Notes under the pieces: model-generated
The model's database searches: none
What the model saw: only the letters and a program-made list of their open reading frames with translations
What the model was told of the DNA's origin: nothing
In this document: in pieces, positions 26,832 through 35,739 of the stretch
How the letters are laid out: each line of letters opens with the position of its first letter
How positions within the stretch are numbered: the stretch's first letter is position 1
Source: Escherichia phage phT4A
Reading direction: 5' to 3' (one strand)
Length of the DNA stretch: 64,000 nt
Sequence record: NC_055712.1
Translations under genes and position numbers: made by a program

Positions 26832-27224
26832 ATGGGTGTAAATCTGAGGTTGCTATATAGCGATATAGAACCTAACATGCAACGAGATTGGAATAATGAC
26901 GTAGCGGCCTCAAAAGGGGCCGCAGCAGTAAGAAATAGTTTGATTGGTATCGTAACCACGATCAAGGGTACACGTCCATTTGATAGTAACTTTGGTTGTG
27001 CAATTAGTGATATGCTGTTTGAGAACATGAACCCTCTGACAGCGGAATCAATTAGAACTTCTATCGTATCTGCGATCCGGACATATGAGCCTAGAGTATA
27101 TAATCTTTCTGTTGAAGTCATTCCACAGTATGATGATAACTCAGTAACAGTAACTATCTATTACAGCATCATTGATGACCCGGATGACGTAGAGCAAATC
27201 AAACTACAGCTTTCCGCATCATAA
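26832..27224 (+). CDS. 25: baseplate wedge protein gp25 (GPW/lysozyme-like)
   Basis: SLIGIVTTIKGTRPFDSNFGCAISDMLFE..ESIRTSIVSAIRTYEPRV; 130 aa vs T4 gp25 132 aa. Confidence 0.8.
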   Translation: MGVNLRLLYSDIEPNMQRDWNNDVAASKGAAAVRNSLIGIVTTIKGTRPFDSNFGCAISDMLFENMNPLTAESIRTSIVSAIRTYEPRVYNLSVEVIPQYDDNSVTVTIYYSIIDDPDDVEQIKLQLSAS

Positions 27225-27226
27225 CA

Positions 27227-27258
27227 AAAAGCCCCTTCCTTTCGGTTGGGGCTTTCTT
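27227..27258. terminator. bidirectional terminator between convergent arms
   Basis: AAAAGCCCC-N12-GGGGCTTT with U-tracts on both strands; marks the + to - strand switch. Confidence 0.7.
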
Positions 27259-27714
27259 TTAGAATTCAATGAATCCCATTAGTGTTTGATATCGCAATTC
27301 AAACGGGGAGATATAACTTTGCATCTGGTTTTGATCGGATACGATGTAATAATACACCTCATCATTATCATCGTATAGTGCTTCTTTGATGATGCAATAT
27401 CGATCGGTTTCCACGTTCACATAAAGAGTATCCATGTACTTTGTAACTTTGGAACCCTGTGAACTGATTTCACGAATAGCGTTATCTATGAAAAGCGACA
27501 ATGCTTGCATGAAGTTATCAAACTCACCATATTCACAGCCCATAATAGAAATTGCAGTGTATTGGTGCCAGCCTTTGATTGTGTCTCCACGGCGGATCCA
27601 TCCAATTTGTCTACCCCCGATAGATACACACCACACTTTACCAACGGGACTATAGAACCGCACAACTTCTTTTAATAACAGGGACATGATCCCACATTTT
27701 GTATAAGGATTCAT
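27259..27714 (-). CDS. hypothetical protein (151 aa)
   Basis: ORF track. Confidence 0.6.
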   Translation of the reverse strand: MNPYTKCGIMSLLLKEVVRFYSPVGKVWCVSIGGRQIGWIRRGDTIKGWHQYTAISIMGCEYGEFDNFMQALSLFIDNAIREISSQGSKVTKYMDTLYVNVETDRYCIIKEALYDDNDEVYYYIVSDQNQMQSYISPFELRYQTLMGFIEF

Positions 27715-27721
27715 TTCAACC

Positions 27722-27946
27722 TCATTTCATATCAAGTAGCCAGGAAGGGCTAGTTTCAAGCGAAATTGCAGTATATTCGTATTTTACAGTATAACCTTTG
27801 AAACCGAAAGGAATGACTGCATTTTCATTGAGATATTTTACTTTATGCTTTGCTTCTTCTTCATTCAGAGCAGCACAGACTGTTGTTTGTTCAACGTTAC
27901 CAGCAGGAGAAGTAAATTTTTCAATGATAATGTATACGCAGTTCAT
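27722..27946 (-). CDS. hypothetical protein (74 aa)
   Basis: Start moved to ATG 27946, adjacent to upstream stop. Confidence 0.55.
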   Translation of the reverse strand: MNCVYIIIEKFTSPAGNVEQTTVCAALNEEEAKHKVKYLNENAVIPFGFKGYTVKYEYTAISLETSPSWLLDMK

Positions 27947-27947
27947 C

Positions 27948-28232
27948 CTATTGCCCTCTTTCCATTTTTTCAAGTTTCAGTGTATCCACTTGTAGTTGAA
28001 GTTTAAGAATACAACCTTTCGATATGTTATACAAGTAGTCACTAACGATTTTTGACTTTACCTGATCGTAATCAGAAGATAACGTAATCCAATCATACAT
28101 CGTTTGGTATGATGGAAGATACGTACATTGTTCTTCTTTTGATAACGCTTTAAATGATTGGTAATCGGTTGGAGGTTCCGAAGCAATTGCGGTTGTGGTC
28201 ATAAGACTAAGTGCAAGTAGTAGATATTTCAT
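27948..28232 (-). CDS. exported small protein (94 aa)
   Basis: Start moved to ATG 28232, giving signal peptide MKYLLLALSLMTTTAIA; promoter cassette just upstream. Confidence 0.6.
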   Translation of the reverse strand: MKYLLLALSLMTTTAIASEPPTDYQSFKALSKEEQCTYLPSYQTMYDWITLSSDYDQVKSKIVSDYLYNISKGCILKLQLQVDTLKLEKMERGQ

Positions 28233-28262
28233 AATGTATTCCTCATTGTTTTCGATAGAACC

Positions 28263-28300
28263 AATATAGCAAAAAGCCCCGACCGAAGTCAAGGGCTTTT
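28263..28300 (-). promoter_or_regulatory. hairpin-embedded early promoter cassette (PeSL-like)
   Basis: Minus strand: AAAAAGCCC-TTGACT-18 nt-TATATT. Confidence 0.6.
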
Positions 28301-28303
28301 TCA

Positions 28304-28588
28304 TCAATGCAAGAAAGATTTCACGTACTGTTCGATCTTTTCACGACATGTATCAACTGAGGTGCTTTCCGCAATTACGGCATGACATAACGCCTCGCCT
28401 CCGACCCAGAAACTCATCATGTACTGAATATCACGACCTTCCATTTCTTTTTGATGCGCTTTGATTCGATCGAAAGCGTTTTCGATTGTTTCAGTAGCAG
28501 TAAGCATTTCGGATTCCCCGTCAACCTCCGCCAGTTCCCCATCGATCATTTCGCTTTCGACTTCTTCCCAGTATACTATCGTTATCAT
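28304..28588 (-). CDS. hypothetical acidic protein (94 aa)
   Basis: ORF track; last gene of the vWA operon. Confidence 0.6.
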   Translation of the reverse strand: MITIVYWEEVESEMIDGELAEVDGESEMLTATETIENAFDRIKAHQKEMEGRDIQYMMSFWVGGEALCHAVIAESTSVDTCREKIEQYVKSFLH

Positions 28589-28603
28589 GCATTACCCCAG
28601 TGG

Positions 28604-29074
28604 TTAACCGTCGTAATCCCCGCCACAATTCACATCGCCTTCAATGAACAGTTCGCGGTTATCACGTAATAAATTATACTTTCTTTCGAGTTCAGGCCCG
28701 AACGCGTCGGCGTCTTCATACCAGCTATAATTGTATCTTCCGCATTCATCATCATATTCTGGTTCATCACCGCGCTCGTTGAAGTGAACAATTTTAATAT
28801 CGTCCATCCCCAGTTCTTTCAGCTTATCCCAGATATACGAAATCTCAACGCTATGGGAACCGAACGCTTCCAGTGAGATCGTACCGTCGCTATCGACTTG
28901 AGGAACACCCCACTTCGAACGAGTATCATCGGTGATCATATCTATTAATGACTCAATATTATTCTCACCGTAGATATCAGCAACTTCCTTTTCTTTACCA
29001 GGGCGAACAAGTCCGATCCCGATAATAAAGCTACTGCTTGAGCTATTGCTCACAAACCCAGAACGAATTTTCAT
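28604..29074 (-). CDS. unknown-family protein, paralog B (MKIRSGFVSNSSSSSF..DDECG)
   Basis: First 17 aa identical to the 32457..32972 product; shared C-terminal [DS]DECG motif; acidic. Confidence 0.7.
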   Translation of the reverse strand: MKIRSGFVSNSSSSSFIIGIGLVRPGKEKEVADIYGENNIESLIDMITDDTRSKWGVPQVDSDGTISLEAFGSHSVEISYIWDKLKELGMDDIKIVHFNERGDEPEYDDECGRYNYSWYEDADAFGPELERKYNLLRDNRELFIEGDVNCGGDYDG

Positions 29075-29229
29075 CGCATCACCATATTACCAATCATGAA
29101 TAGAGGGATTAGCGCGAAGACGATACCCCATAGAATGACCTTATCTTCACGACGGTCACACCCATAATAGATAACACCTCCAGCGAAAATCAATACAACA
29201 ACTGAAACGAACGCGAATAAATAAATCAT
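29071..29229 (-). CDS. two-TM micro-protein (52 aa)
   Basis: Manual: MIYLFAFVSVVVLIFAGGVIYYGCDRREDKVILWGIVFALIPLFMIGNMVMR; ATGA overlaps at both ends. Confidence 0.45.
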   Translation of the reverse strand: MIYLFAFVSVVVLIFAGGVIYYGCDRREDKVILWGIVFALIPLFMIGNMVMR

Positions 29230-29876
29230 TTGCAGGTATCCATTCTCATAGAAACTTCTTTCAGGATCTTATTCAGATCGTGAAGCGCATCTTTTACGTT
29301 ACCTTCGTTATAGGTAAGCATATCCTGGTACAGCCCTTTCAAGCAACGATTGATTACATATGCTTTTTCAGAAGGTAACATTGTACCAGAGCGATTATAA
29401 TCTCTGAAAATGTCCATCATCGTGCCGTTGTTACCAGGTAATGACGGGTTGAAGTTAACCATACCGGACATCAAACTATCAACATACACAACTGTTGTGT
29501 TATCAGAACGATACGCGCCACCAACTTTAAACCAGTTGCTGAACACATACGGAGATTCCCGCACTTCGCTCAAATCGGTTCCGATTTCATCGATGTTTAC
29601 ACGAATGTTGTTAAAATACACCGATTCATCAATAGAACCATGACGCCATAAGATAGCACCATTGTTATTTTTGAATCCGACTACATCAACCTGCCAGCCG
29701 TTATCTGTTAACCGGACATCATCAACGACAATGAAATCAGGTAGCTGTGAATGAAAGCCGATGTTTTCAGGACGGGAATTACGAAACCCATCACGATTGG
29801 AGAAATAAAGGATGTCGCCTTGATTCAGTTCGCATATATTCATAAGATTTTTAAAGTCCAATTCAAGTAATTCCAC
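29226..29876 (-). CDS. hypothetical protein (216 aa, GTG start)
   Basis: ORF track; SD GAGG after the hairpin. Confidence 0.6.
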   Translation of the reverse strand: MELLELDFKNLMNICELNQGDILYFSNRDGFRNSRPENIGFHSQLPDFIVVDDVRLTDNGWQVDVVGFKNNNGAILWRHGSIDESVYFNNIRVNIDEIGTDLSEVRESPYVFSNWFKVGGAYRSDNTTVVYVDSLMSGMVNFNPSLPGNNGTMMDIFRDYNRSGTMLPSEKAYVINRCLKGLYQDMLTYNEGNVKDALHDLNKILKEVSMRMDTCK

Positions 29877-29886
29877 AAGTCACCTC

Positions 29887-29905
29887 AAAGCCCCCTTTCG
29901 GGGGC
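29887..29905 (-). terminator. intra-operon hairpin (attenuator) after the vWA gene
   Basis: Minus strand: GCCCCC-GAAA-GGGGGC then TTTGAGG (the U-tract merges into the next SD). Confidence 0.4.
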
Positions 29906-29912
29906 AAATTCA

Positions 29913-32129
29913 TTAGAGTTTGACTTCTTTTTCTTCCAGAACGATTGTGCAATCAAATTTCACATCTTTCCAGAATTCCGCTGCAACGATATCTGTTGCG
30001 GTAACGCTTACGCTGGTTTCTTCGAAATCCAGATCCGCAAACCATGCGTGTCCGACGACAATACCGTACATTACACGACTCAGGCGATTATTAAGGGCGC
30101 GAACCTCTTTAATAGTTTCCTTTGTCTGTTTATCAAGATACTCGATCAGGTCATTCTTGTCAAGCGCTTCGATCTCTTTAGATACGGTATCGTAAGCCCA
30201 CAGAATGATCAGGTCACCATTGTTGAGTTTCTTCTTACCTTCGGCGCGTTTTGCAACGGTAGCCGCAACAGCCGGAAGTGATGAAACGCCTTTGATTTTC
30301 ACGTTCAGTTCTTTCGACATGTAAACATCAGTCGATTCTGTGCGCTCAACCTTCGGAGAGAAGCCGTAATCACGGATCCCTTGCTCAGACAACCATTCAC
30401 CAGCCGCCTCGCCAAAACGCTGTTTAAGCCCTTCTGCGTTGCGTAAACCAATCGCGTTATCACGGAAGAACTTCATTACCTTCTGACGGCCTTTCAGGAT
30501 TTCCAGACGGACGTTATCAGCAACAAATTCCTTACCAGAAATACCGCGAGTCATCGAACGGTTAACCAGAGGCAGAGAGGTAAAGTCAACCAGTACAGAC
30601 ATACGGTCTTCACCAATTTTAGCCAGCGGTTTGATAGTCAGACCAGAAGCACGTAAGTTTTTCAGAGTCGGAATATCGGTTTCCAGCGGAAGTACCTTAA
30701 CGTTCACGATACCATCTTTAACAATGGTAAAGTTACGCACTTGTTTGGTTTCTACTTTTTCCGGTAATCCAAACTCTTTTTGTTTGCTTTCCGGAATGGT
30801 TACATAACCTTGCAGATCCGTATTGATGGAAATGTTCGGACGGGAACTGTTACCCACCAGGTGTTTCACTGCAACTTTCGTTGTGGTTTGGGTAAATTCC
30901 GGTTTCCATACTTCATGCGCTACCAGTTGCGCCGCCAGTGCTTTACGTTCTTCCGGAGTAGAAGCGTTTGCAATCTGTTCTGACAGTTTATCCAGAGTAT
31001 CATCATCTTTCTGGACAGTCTGACGGCCTGTACGATTGTACGCCCAGTGTTCAGAAGACAGGTCGATCACTGTGTCGGTTTCTGCCAGCAGTTCGAGAGC
31101 ATCAACCAGAGTAAACGCGTTTTCATCAGGAACCATGTTGTAATCAACACCATCCATCAGACGTTTAGCCGGATCAACAACCGCTTCGGAGATCATATCT
31201 TTAGCGTTGGAATAATCCTGTTTGGTAAAGCAGTTATCGTATGCTTTAATCAGACGCACATCACCCAGCTTTTTCAGAACTTTCCATGCCAGATCTGGAT
31301 TCATGGTATGAAGCGCATGATACAGAACCACATACAGAACCTGTTCACCTTCTGCTGTTGCCGGATCGAAGCCGTCAACGTCATTGATCGCGTTTTCACC
31401 CAGCGCCCAAATGTTTTTGATATGTTCCGGAACCAGAACAACACCATTTGCAGCATTCAGGACATACACACGGCCTTCATCCAGGTAGATCGCATGGGTT
31501 GCATCGCCAACTTTGACTTCAACACGTGCGGAGGTTTGCGCGGTAATGATTTCATCAAATGCAGGTACATACGCATCAAACCCTTCAACGAATTTGTGTA
31601 ATGCGTTGGTTGCTTCCGCCATTTTTTCCAGCAGAGGACGGTTTACATAATAACCATATTCCAGGAAAGCAATGTTGTTAAACGTCAACGGCAGAGTAGA
31701 ACACGCTTTCAGGATATCATCAGTACGCCAGCAGTTATCATAACCATCAGTCAGGAAGATCAGACTGTTCAGATTGCCATTATCCGCTTGCAGATCGGTA
31801 GCGACTTCAACCGCCAGTTGCAGAGGTTCAACGAAGCCAGTACATCCGGTCGGACGCAGATAACGATCGATAGCATCATTGATTTTGCTCAGGTCGGATA
31901 CAGAGCTAACCTTTTCGCCAACGAATACAGAACCGAACTGACCACGGCTGGAGAAATACAGAATAGATACGGTATCATCCTGTTTAACCAGCGTTGCCAG
32001 GTTGTTTTTCAGGTGCTGACGAATGCGCGGGAGTTCGTTATACATCGATCCGGATACGTCACAAACAAAAACGTGGTTAGTCGGGGTTGGTTTGGCTACG
32101 GCGTTTTTGAATTCAATGTTAGTGATCAT
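29913..32129 (-). CDS. von Willebrand factor A (vWA) domain protein, 738 aa, C-terminal ~530 aa unassigned
   Basis: MIDAS elements VFVCDVSGSM .. RPTGCTGF .. LIFLTDGYDN in the first ~190 aa. Confidence 0.85.
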   Translation of the reverse strand: MITNIEFKNAVAKPTPTNHVFVCDVSGSMYNELPRIRQHLKNNLATLVKQDDTVSILYFSSRGQFGSVFVGEKVSSVSDLSKINDAIDRYLRPTGCTGFVEPLQLAVEVATDLQADNGNLNSLIFLTDGYDNCWRTDDILKACSTLPLTFNNIAFLEYGYYVNRPLLEKMAEATNALHKFVEGFDAYVPAFDEIITAQTSARVEVKVGDATHAIYLDEGRVYVLNAANGVVLVPEHIKNIWALGENAINDVDGFDPATAEGEQVLYVVLYHALHTMNPDLAWKVLKKLGDVRLIKAYDNCFTKQDYSNAKDMISEAVVDPAKRLMDGVDYNMVPDENAFTLVDALELLAETDTVIDLSSEHWAYNRTGRQTVQKDDDTLDKLSEQIANASTPEERKALAAQLVAHEVWKPEFTQTTTKVAVKHLVGNSSRPNISINTDLQGYVTIPESKQKEFGLPEKVETKQVRNFTIVKDGIVNVKVLPLETDIPTLKNLRASGLTIKPLAKIGEDRMSVLVDFTSLPLVNRSMTRGISGKEFVADNVRLEILKGRQKVMKFFRDNAIGLRNAEGLKQRFGEAAGEWLSEQGIRDYGFSPKVERTESTDVYMSKELNVKIKGVSSLPAVAATVAKRAEGKKKLNNGDLIILWAYDTVSKEIEALDKNDLIEYLDKQTKETIKEVRALNNRLSRVMYGIVVGHAWFADLDFEETSVSVTATDIVAAEFWKDVKFDCTIVLEEKEVKL

Positions 32130-32136
32130 AATTTTC

Positions 32137-32457
32137 TCATTTATAGGTAAATTTGATTAAAATTTCGTTTACTTTTTTGCTAATTATATCTAATGCATCA
32201 TCGCATCCAAACTTACTACTCAACAATGAAACAAAATCATCCATCGTTGTTGTTTGAGACTCGCCAACGTCAAAAGACAGAGCGTAGGCAACAGGATTTT
32301 TAATCCTTACGATTTGAATAGTATACTCATTCAGGTCAAACCGTTCAAGATATTTTCGCAAAGAAAATAAATCAATCGGTACTGGTAGAGTTTGACTAAA
32401 CGTTATTTCTTCCCCCAGTTGATAGGGGGGCATTTTTACACAGATTTCGTATTCCAT
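32137..32457 (-). CDS. hypothetical protein (106 aa)
   Basis: ORF track; 1-nt overlap with upstream stop. Confidence 0.6.
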   Translation of the reverse strand: MEYEICVKMPPYQLGEEITFSQTLPVPIDLFSLRKYLERFDLNEYTIQIVRIKNPVAYALSFDVGESQTTTMDDFVSLLSSKFGCDDALDIISKKVNEILIKFTYK

Positions 32458-32972
32458 CAGTGATGACTCTTCATAGTGTGTTCCAGATTACGGAAAATTT
32501 GCCCGTGTTCAAGCTGGGATTGGAATTCTCCGCATTCATCAGAGTAAGTAAATTCATAAATGAATACACCGTCCTGATTGCCAAATTTAGAGTTGTACTC
32601 TTCATACAACCACATCTTGATCAGAGCGTCTTTCTCTTCTGTTTCCAGATCATACCAGTCACGCCCATCATAAGCAAGCGCAATTTGAGGATTAGACCGA
32701 TATCGAGTTTCGGCGCTATCTTCGGTTTCCCATTCATAACGCTTATCATCATAGTATGATTCGAAGCTATTTCCCATATGACCGCCCAGGTCGCGGTGTA
32801 CCTGCTGTACAACTTCTTCCGCTGTCGGGCAAGTCATCCAGCTATAACCACAGTTAGGAACACAGTCACCCATCATTTCGCGGAGATTGTTGATATCAGT
32901 CGGATCCTTCGGGAACCGTACAATAAAGCTACTTGATGAACTATTGCTCACAAAACCAGAACGGATTTTCAT
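32457..32972 (-). CDS. unknown-family protein, paralog A (MKIRSGFVSNSSSSSF..SDECG)
   Basis: Start set to ATG 32972 by analogy with paralog B (TAATG overlap). Confidence 0.7.
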   Translation of the reverse strand: MKIRSGFVSNSSSSSFIVRFPKDPTDINNLREMMGDCVPNCGYSWMTCPTAEEVVQQVHRDLGGHMGNSFESYYDDKRYEWETEDSAETRYRSNPQIALAYDGRDWYDLETEEKDALIKMWLYEEYNSKFGNQDGVFIYEFTYSDECGEFQSQLEHGQIFRNLEHTMKSHH

Positions 32973-33211
32973 TATAATTTCTCCCACTCAAACGTTGTGA
33001 AATGTTTTCTTTCGTCATACCCAACAGTACAACAATGTGTTGGCTTTCCTGTGAATCCATCAAACACAGTTATACAATAGTAATGCAAAGATGGAAGCGG
33101 TGTATGCTTAATGTAGTTGATCGCGACGTTCAGGTCAACAGTAGAACATACACAATCAGACGTTTGATCAAAACGGCCATCAAAAATCAACTCAATGCTA
33201 TAGATGTTCAT
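32972..33211 (-). CDS. hypothetical protein (79 aa)
   Basis: ORF track. Confidence 0.55.
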   Translation of the reverse strand: MNIYSIELIFDGRFDQTSDCVCSTVDLNVAINYIKHTPLPSLHYYCITVFDGFTGKPTHCCTVGYDERKHFTTFEWEKL

Positions 33212-33494
33212 CTTTCACTTCCTTCATATTTTTCATAACTTCTTCAAAAGTTATAGGGTAAGGAGAAAACGTTATTTGATTAATATTTCTCGATTCCCAC
33301 CGAGTTCTATCTAGTTCTGAGTAGGATATTAACTTACTATTATCCCATACGCTAAAACGAATATTATCTATAGAACCAAGATATGAAAAACAATCATGGT
33401 TGTTTACTGCATCAATACAAACCTGTAGAGATTCAGATACACATATAATTTCGCCCGGTTCATAATCAAGCAATCTTTCTCCGACAAAAATCAT
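33198..33494 (-). CDS. hypothetical protein (98 aa)
   Basis: ATG 33494 (ATGA overlap) preferred over track GTG 33500. Confidence 0.55.
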   Translation of the reverse strand: MIFVGERLLDYEPGEIICVSESLQVCIDAVNNHDCFSYLGSIDNIRFSVWDNSKLISYSELDRTRWESRNINQITFSPYPITFEEVMKNMKEVKDEHL

Positions 33495-33661
33495 AACCAC
33501 CCCCTAACAATGCTAACCAGCAGTAAACCCAGGATCCAGAACACGGCAACCGCACAAATACGGGCCATTACTACATTTCCGCGACTAGTCCACTCCGCAC
33601 TAAGAAACAAGAGGACAAACGTTAACGCGTATAAAACCATTTCAATAACTTCGGTAATCAT
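33491..33661 (-). CDS. two-TM micro-protein (56 aa)
   Basis: Manual: MITEVIEMVLYALTFVLLFLSAEWTSRGNVVMARICAVAVFWILGLLLVSIVRGWL. Confidence 0.45.
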   Translation of the reverse strand: MITEVIEMVLYALTFVLLFLSAEWTSRGNVVMARICAVAVFWILGLLLVSIVRGWL

Positions 33662-33673
33662 ATAAACCCCACG

Positions 33674-33694
33674 AAAAAGCCCCTTTCGGGGCTT
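33674..33694 (-). terminator. rho-independent terminator
   Basis: Minus strand: AAGCCCC-GAAA-GGGGCTTTTT. Confidence 0.7.
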
Positions 33695-33700
33695 GATTAA

Positions 33701-33979
33701 TCAATGTCCGAACACACCACGAATAGACTCTGCGAATGCATACAGTTCAGGATTTTTAGCTTTCACTGTTTCGATTTGTTCCAGAATGTAATCTGGCTTG
33801 TATTTCGCACCGAACCAGCAGTAAGAGAAAGAGCGATCCCACATGAACACGTTATAGTATTCACCGTTGCGAACTTCAACCATCACATAACCAGGATTAG
33901 AACCCAGCGGATAATCTTTCAGAAGATTGAATTTCGCGCCAGCACCAGTACATCCGTTAAACAGGTCATTAAAAGTCAT
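33701..33979 (-). CDS. hypothetical protein (92 aa)
   Basis: ORF track. Confidence 0.6.
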   Translation of the reverse strand: MTFNDLFNGCTGAGAKFNLLKDYPLGSNPGYVMVEVRNGEYYNVFMWDRSFSYCWFGAKYKPDYILEQIETVKAKNPELYAFAESIRGVFGH

Positions 33980-34037
33980 GGTATGTTCCTTTTGTCAGTT
34001 TCGTTTCAACAAGGTCACTATACTATTCTTCGTTAGC

Positions 34038-34571
34038 CTATGCAAGATTTAATTTAGCAAATTCTCCAAAATGTTTTATCGCTTCCTGGTCGTATGCTTT
34101 TGCAGCCTCTAACTCATCACTATAAGAACCGATATGCTTAACCTTACCATCAACCATTATCTGTGCAATGTAACGTATTCCGGTTGGTTGATTGCGTACA
34201 CATACACCCTTGAATATGCTGGTTCCTTCCTTTCGCCGTTTCCTGTTCTGAGAGTTGCGGGATTGGTTCGCTTCGCGCAAGTTATCAATCCCGTCACCAG
34301 CCTCAACACCATTTTTGTGATCAATCACATCAGGTAGTTTTCCGGTCGCAACGTAGTAGATGATTCGATGGCGTAGATACCCTTTGCTTTTGAAATAAAC
34401 GCGTGTATATCCTCCTTTGATCTTCGAACCAACTTCCTTTCCGATCAAGTCGGAACGTTTATGCGATGTTCGTATAATCTTTCCTGTGTGGACATCAACA
34501 GAAACAGTTTTGAGGAATTCATCAATTCCTCTCTGTTCTTCTTCAACTGTTCTTAATCCATTATGTGACAT
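34038..34571 (-). CDS. free-standing HNH-AP2 homing endonuclease (paralog 3; mobile)
   Basis: RHRIIYYVATGKLPDVIDHKNG..GIDNLR plus FKGVCVRNQPTGIRYIAQIMVDGKVKHIGSYSDELEA; 19-nt overlap with the dcm 3' end. Confidence 0.85.
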   Translation of the reverse strand: MSHNGLRTVEEEQRGIDEFLKTVSVDVHTGKIIRTSHKRSDLIGKEVGSKIKGGYTRVYFKSKGYLRHRIIYYVATGKLPDVIDHKNGVEAGDGIDNLREANQSRNSQNRKRRKEGTSIFKGVCVRNQPTGIRYIAQIMVDGKVKHIGSYSDELEAAKAYDQEAIKHFGEFAKLNLA

Positions 34572-35476
34572 AACGCCTTCTTAATTTGTTTTGCTATGGC
34601 TTCAATCACTGGGATGGAAACTGAATTCCCAGCCTGTTTGTAAGCCTGTATTTTGCTTTCAGGGATGATAAACGAATCCGGAAACCCTTGTAACCTAAAA
34701 CATTCTCGCGGGCTTAATCTTCTAGGGTTCTTACCTTCCTGTAATACCAGACATTGAACACCGTCCTTTCCATATTGGGCTGTTATCGTCCCAGTACACA
34801 CAGAATCCACCATAACGGCCTGATAACCAAACCCCTTGCCGTTTGCCTTGTTTCGTTCTTTACGCTCTCTAAAGCCCTTCCAGGCACGATCTGATATGGT
34901 GTATTGATCATTATCCGGTTCGAGAATGTCACCGACCCTTGTTGGGGTACGTGGAGGAACAGGAAAACTAAAGAACACTGGATCGCGAAAGCAGACAATA
35001 AACACACGCTCTCTTCGTTGAGGCAATCCAAAATCTTTTGTATTCATTACCTGATAATGGATATCGTATCCTTCGTCCTGTAACAGCCTGTAGATGGTTT
35101 TAAACGTGTTTCCCTTGTCATGGGTTAATAGCTGGGGAACATTCTCAAAGAACAGCACAGAGGGCTTTTTAGCCCGTATAATGCGGAGTATTTCAAAGAT
35201 GATAGTACCGCGAGGATCTAACATGCCCTGTTTTAAACCTGCTTTACTGAACGCCTGACAAGGAAACCCAGCTAACAGGATATCATGATCAGGCACATCA
35301 TTTTCATCAATGGCGAATATATCACCCTGAATATTTTCATCGCCCCAGTTATCAGCATATGTTTGTTGTGCATGTTTATCGATTTCAGACGTTAAAAGGC
35401 ATTCGACCCCGCCGAATGCCTTATCGAAACCGAGCCTCACGCCACCAACACCAGCGCAAAGGTCAATTATTTTCAT
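34553..35476 (-). CDS. dcm: DNA (cytosine-5) methyltransferase
   Basis: Motif I DLCAGVGG, IV GFPCQAFS, VI FENVPQL, VIII QRRERVFIV, X GNSVSIPV. Confidence 0.9.
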   Translation of the reverse strand: MKIIDLCAGVGGVRLGFDKAFGGVECLLTSEIDKHAQQTYADNWGDENIQGDIFAIDENDVPDHDILLAGFPCQAFSKAGLKQGMLDPRGTIIFEILRIIRAKKPSVLFFENVPQLLTHDKGNTFKTIYRLLQDEGYDIHYQVMNTKDFGLPQRRERVFIVCFRDPVFFSFPVPPRTPTRVGDILEPDNDQYTISDRAWKGFRERKERNKANGKGFGYQAVMVDSVCTGTITAQYGKDGVQCLVLQEGKNPRRLSPRECFRLQGFPDSFIIPESKIQAYKQAGNSVSIPVIEAIAKQIKKALCHIMD

Positions 35477-35739
35477 ACGTCGAAATCAACCTCATCGATT
35501 TTGTATGATTCTTCGCCAATATCAGCCCATAGCTGAATATTCACGCTTTTCGCATCACGATAAAGAGATTGACCACAAAGCCCACCTGTATAACAAGTTT
35601 CTGTAATCTCGTTAACTTCCAGGCGGAGGCTATTGCGCATAATTTTAACAACAGCCTTTTCCATTGCAGAATCCAGGGTTTTAGTATCACCCAATACTAC
35701 ATCTTTAACGTTCAAAATAACATCACTCATTATCGCCAC
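35473..35739 (-). CDS. hypothetical protein (88 aa)
   Basis: ORF track; ATGA coupling to dcm. Confidence 0.6.
   Translation of the reverse strand: MAIMSDVILNVKDVVLGDTKTLDSAMEKAVVKIMRNSLRLEVNEITETCYTGGLCGQSLYRDAKSVNIQLWADIGEESYKIDEVDFDV

Noticed and set aside
29920-32150. Several 66-184-aa plus-strand ORFs antisense to the vWA gene (e.g. 31047..31601, 31788..32150)
   Set aside because: They are antisense to a long, motif-supported gene, have no SD sequences, and have odd composition (Phe/Arg/Cys-rich). The same reasoning applies to antisense ORFs inside the J-domain, gp27, gp29, SPFH (39248..40229), PhoH, radical SAM and dNMP kinase genes.
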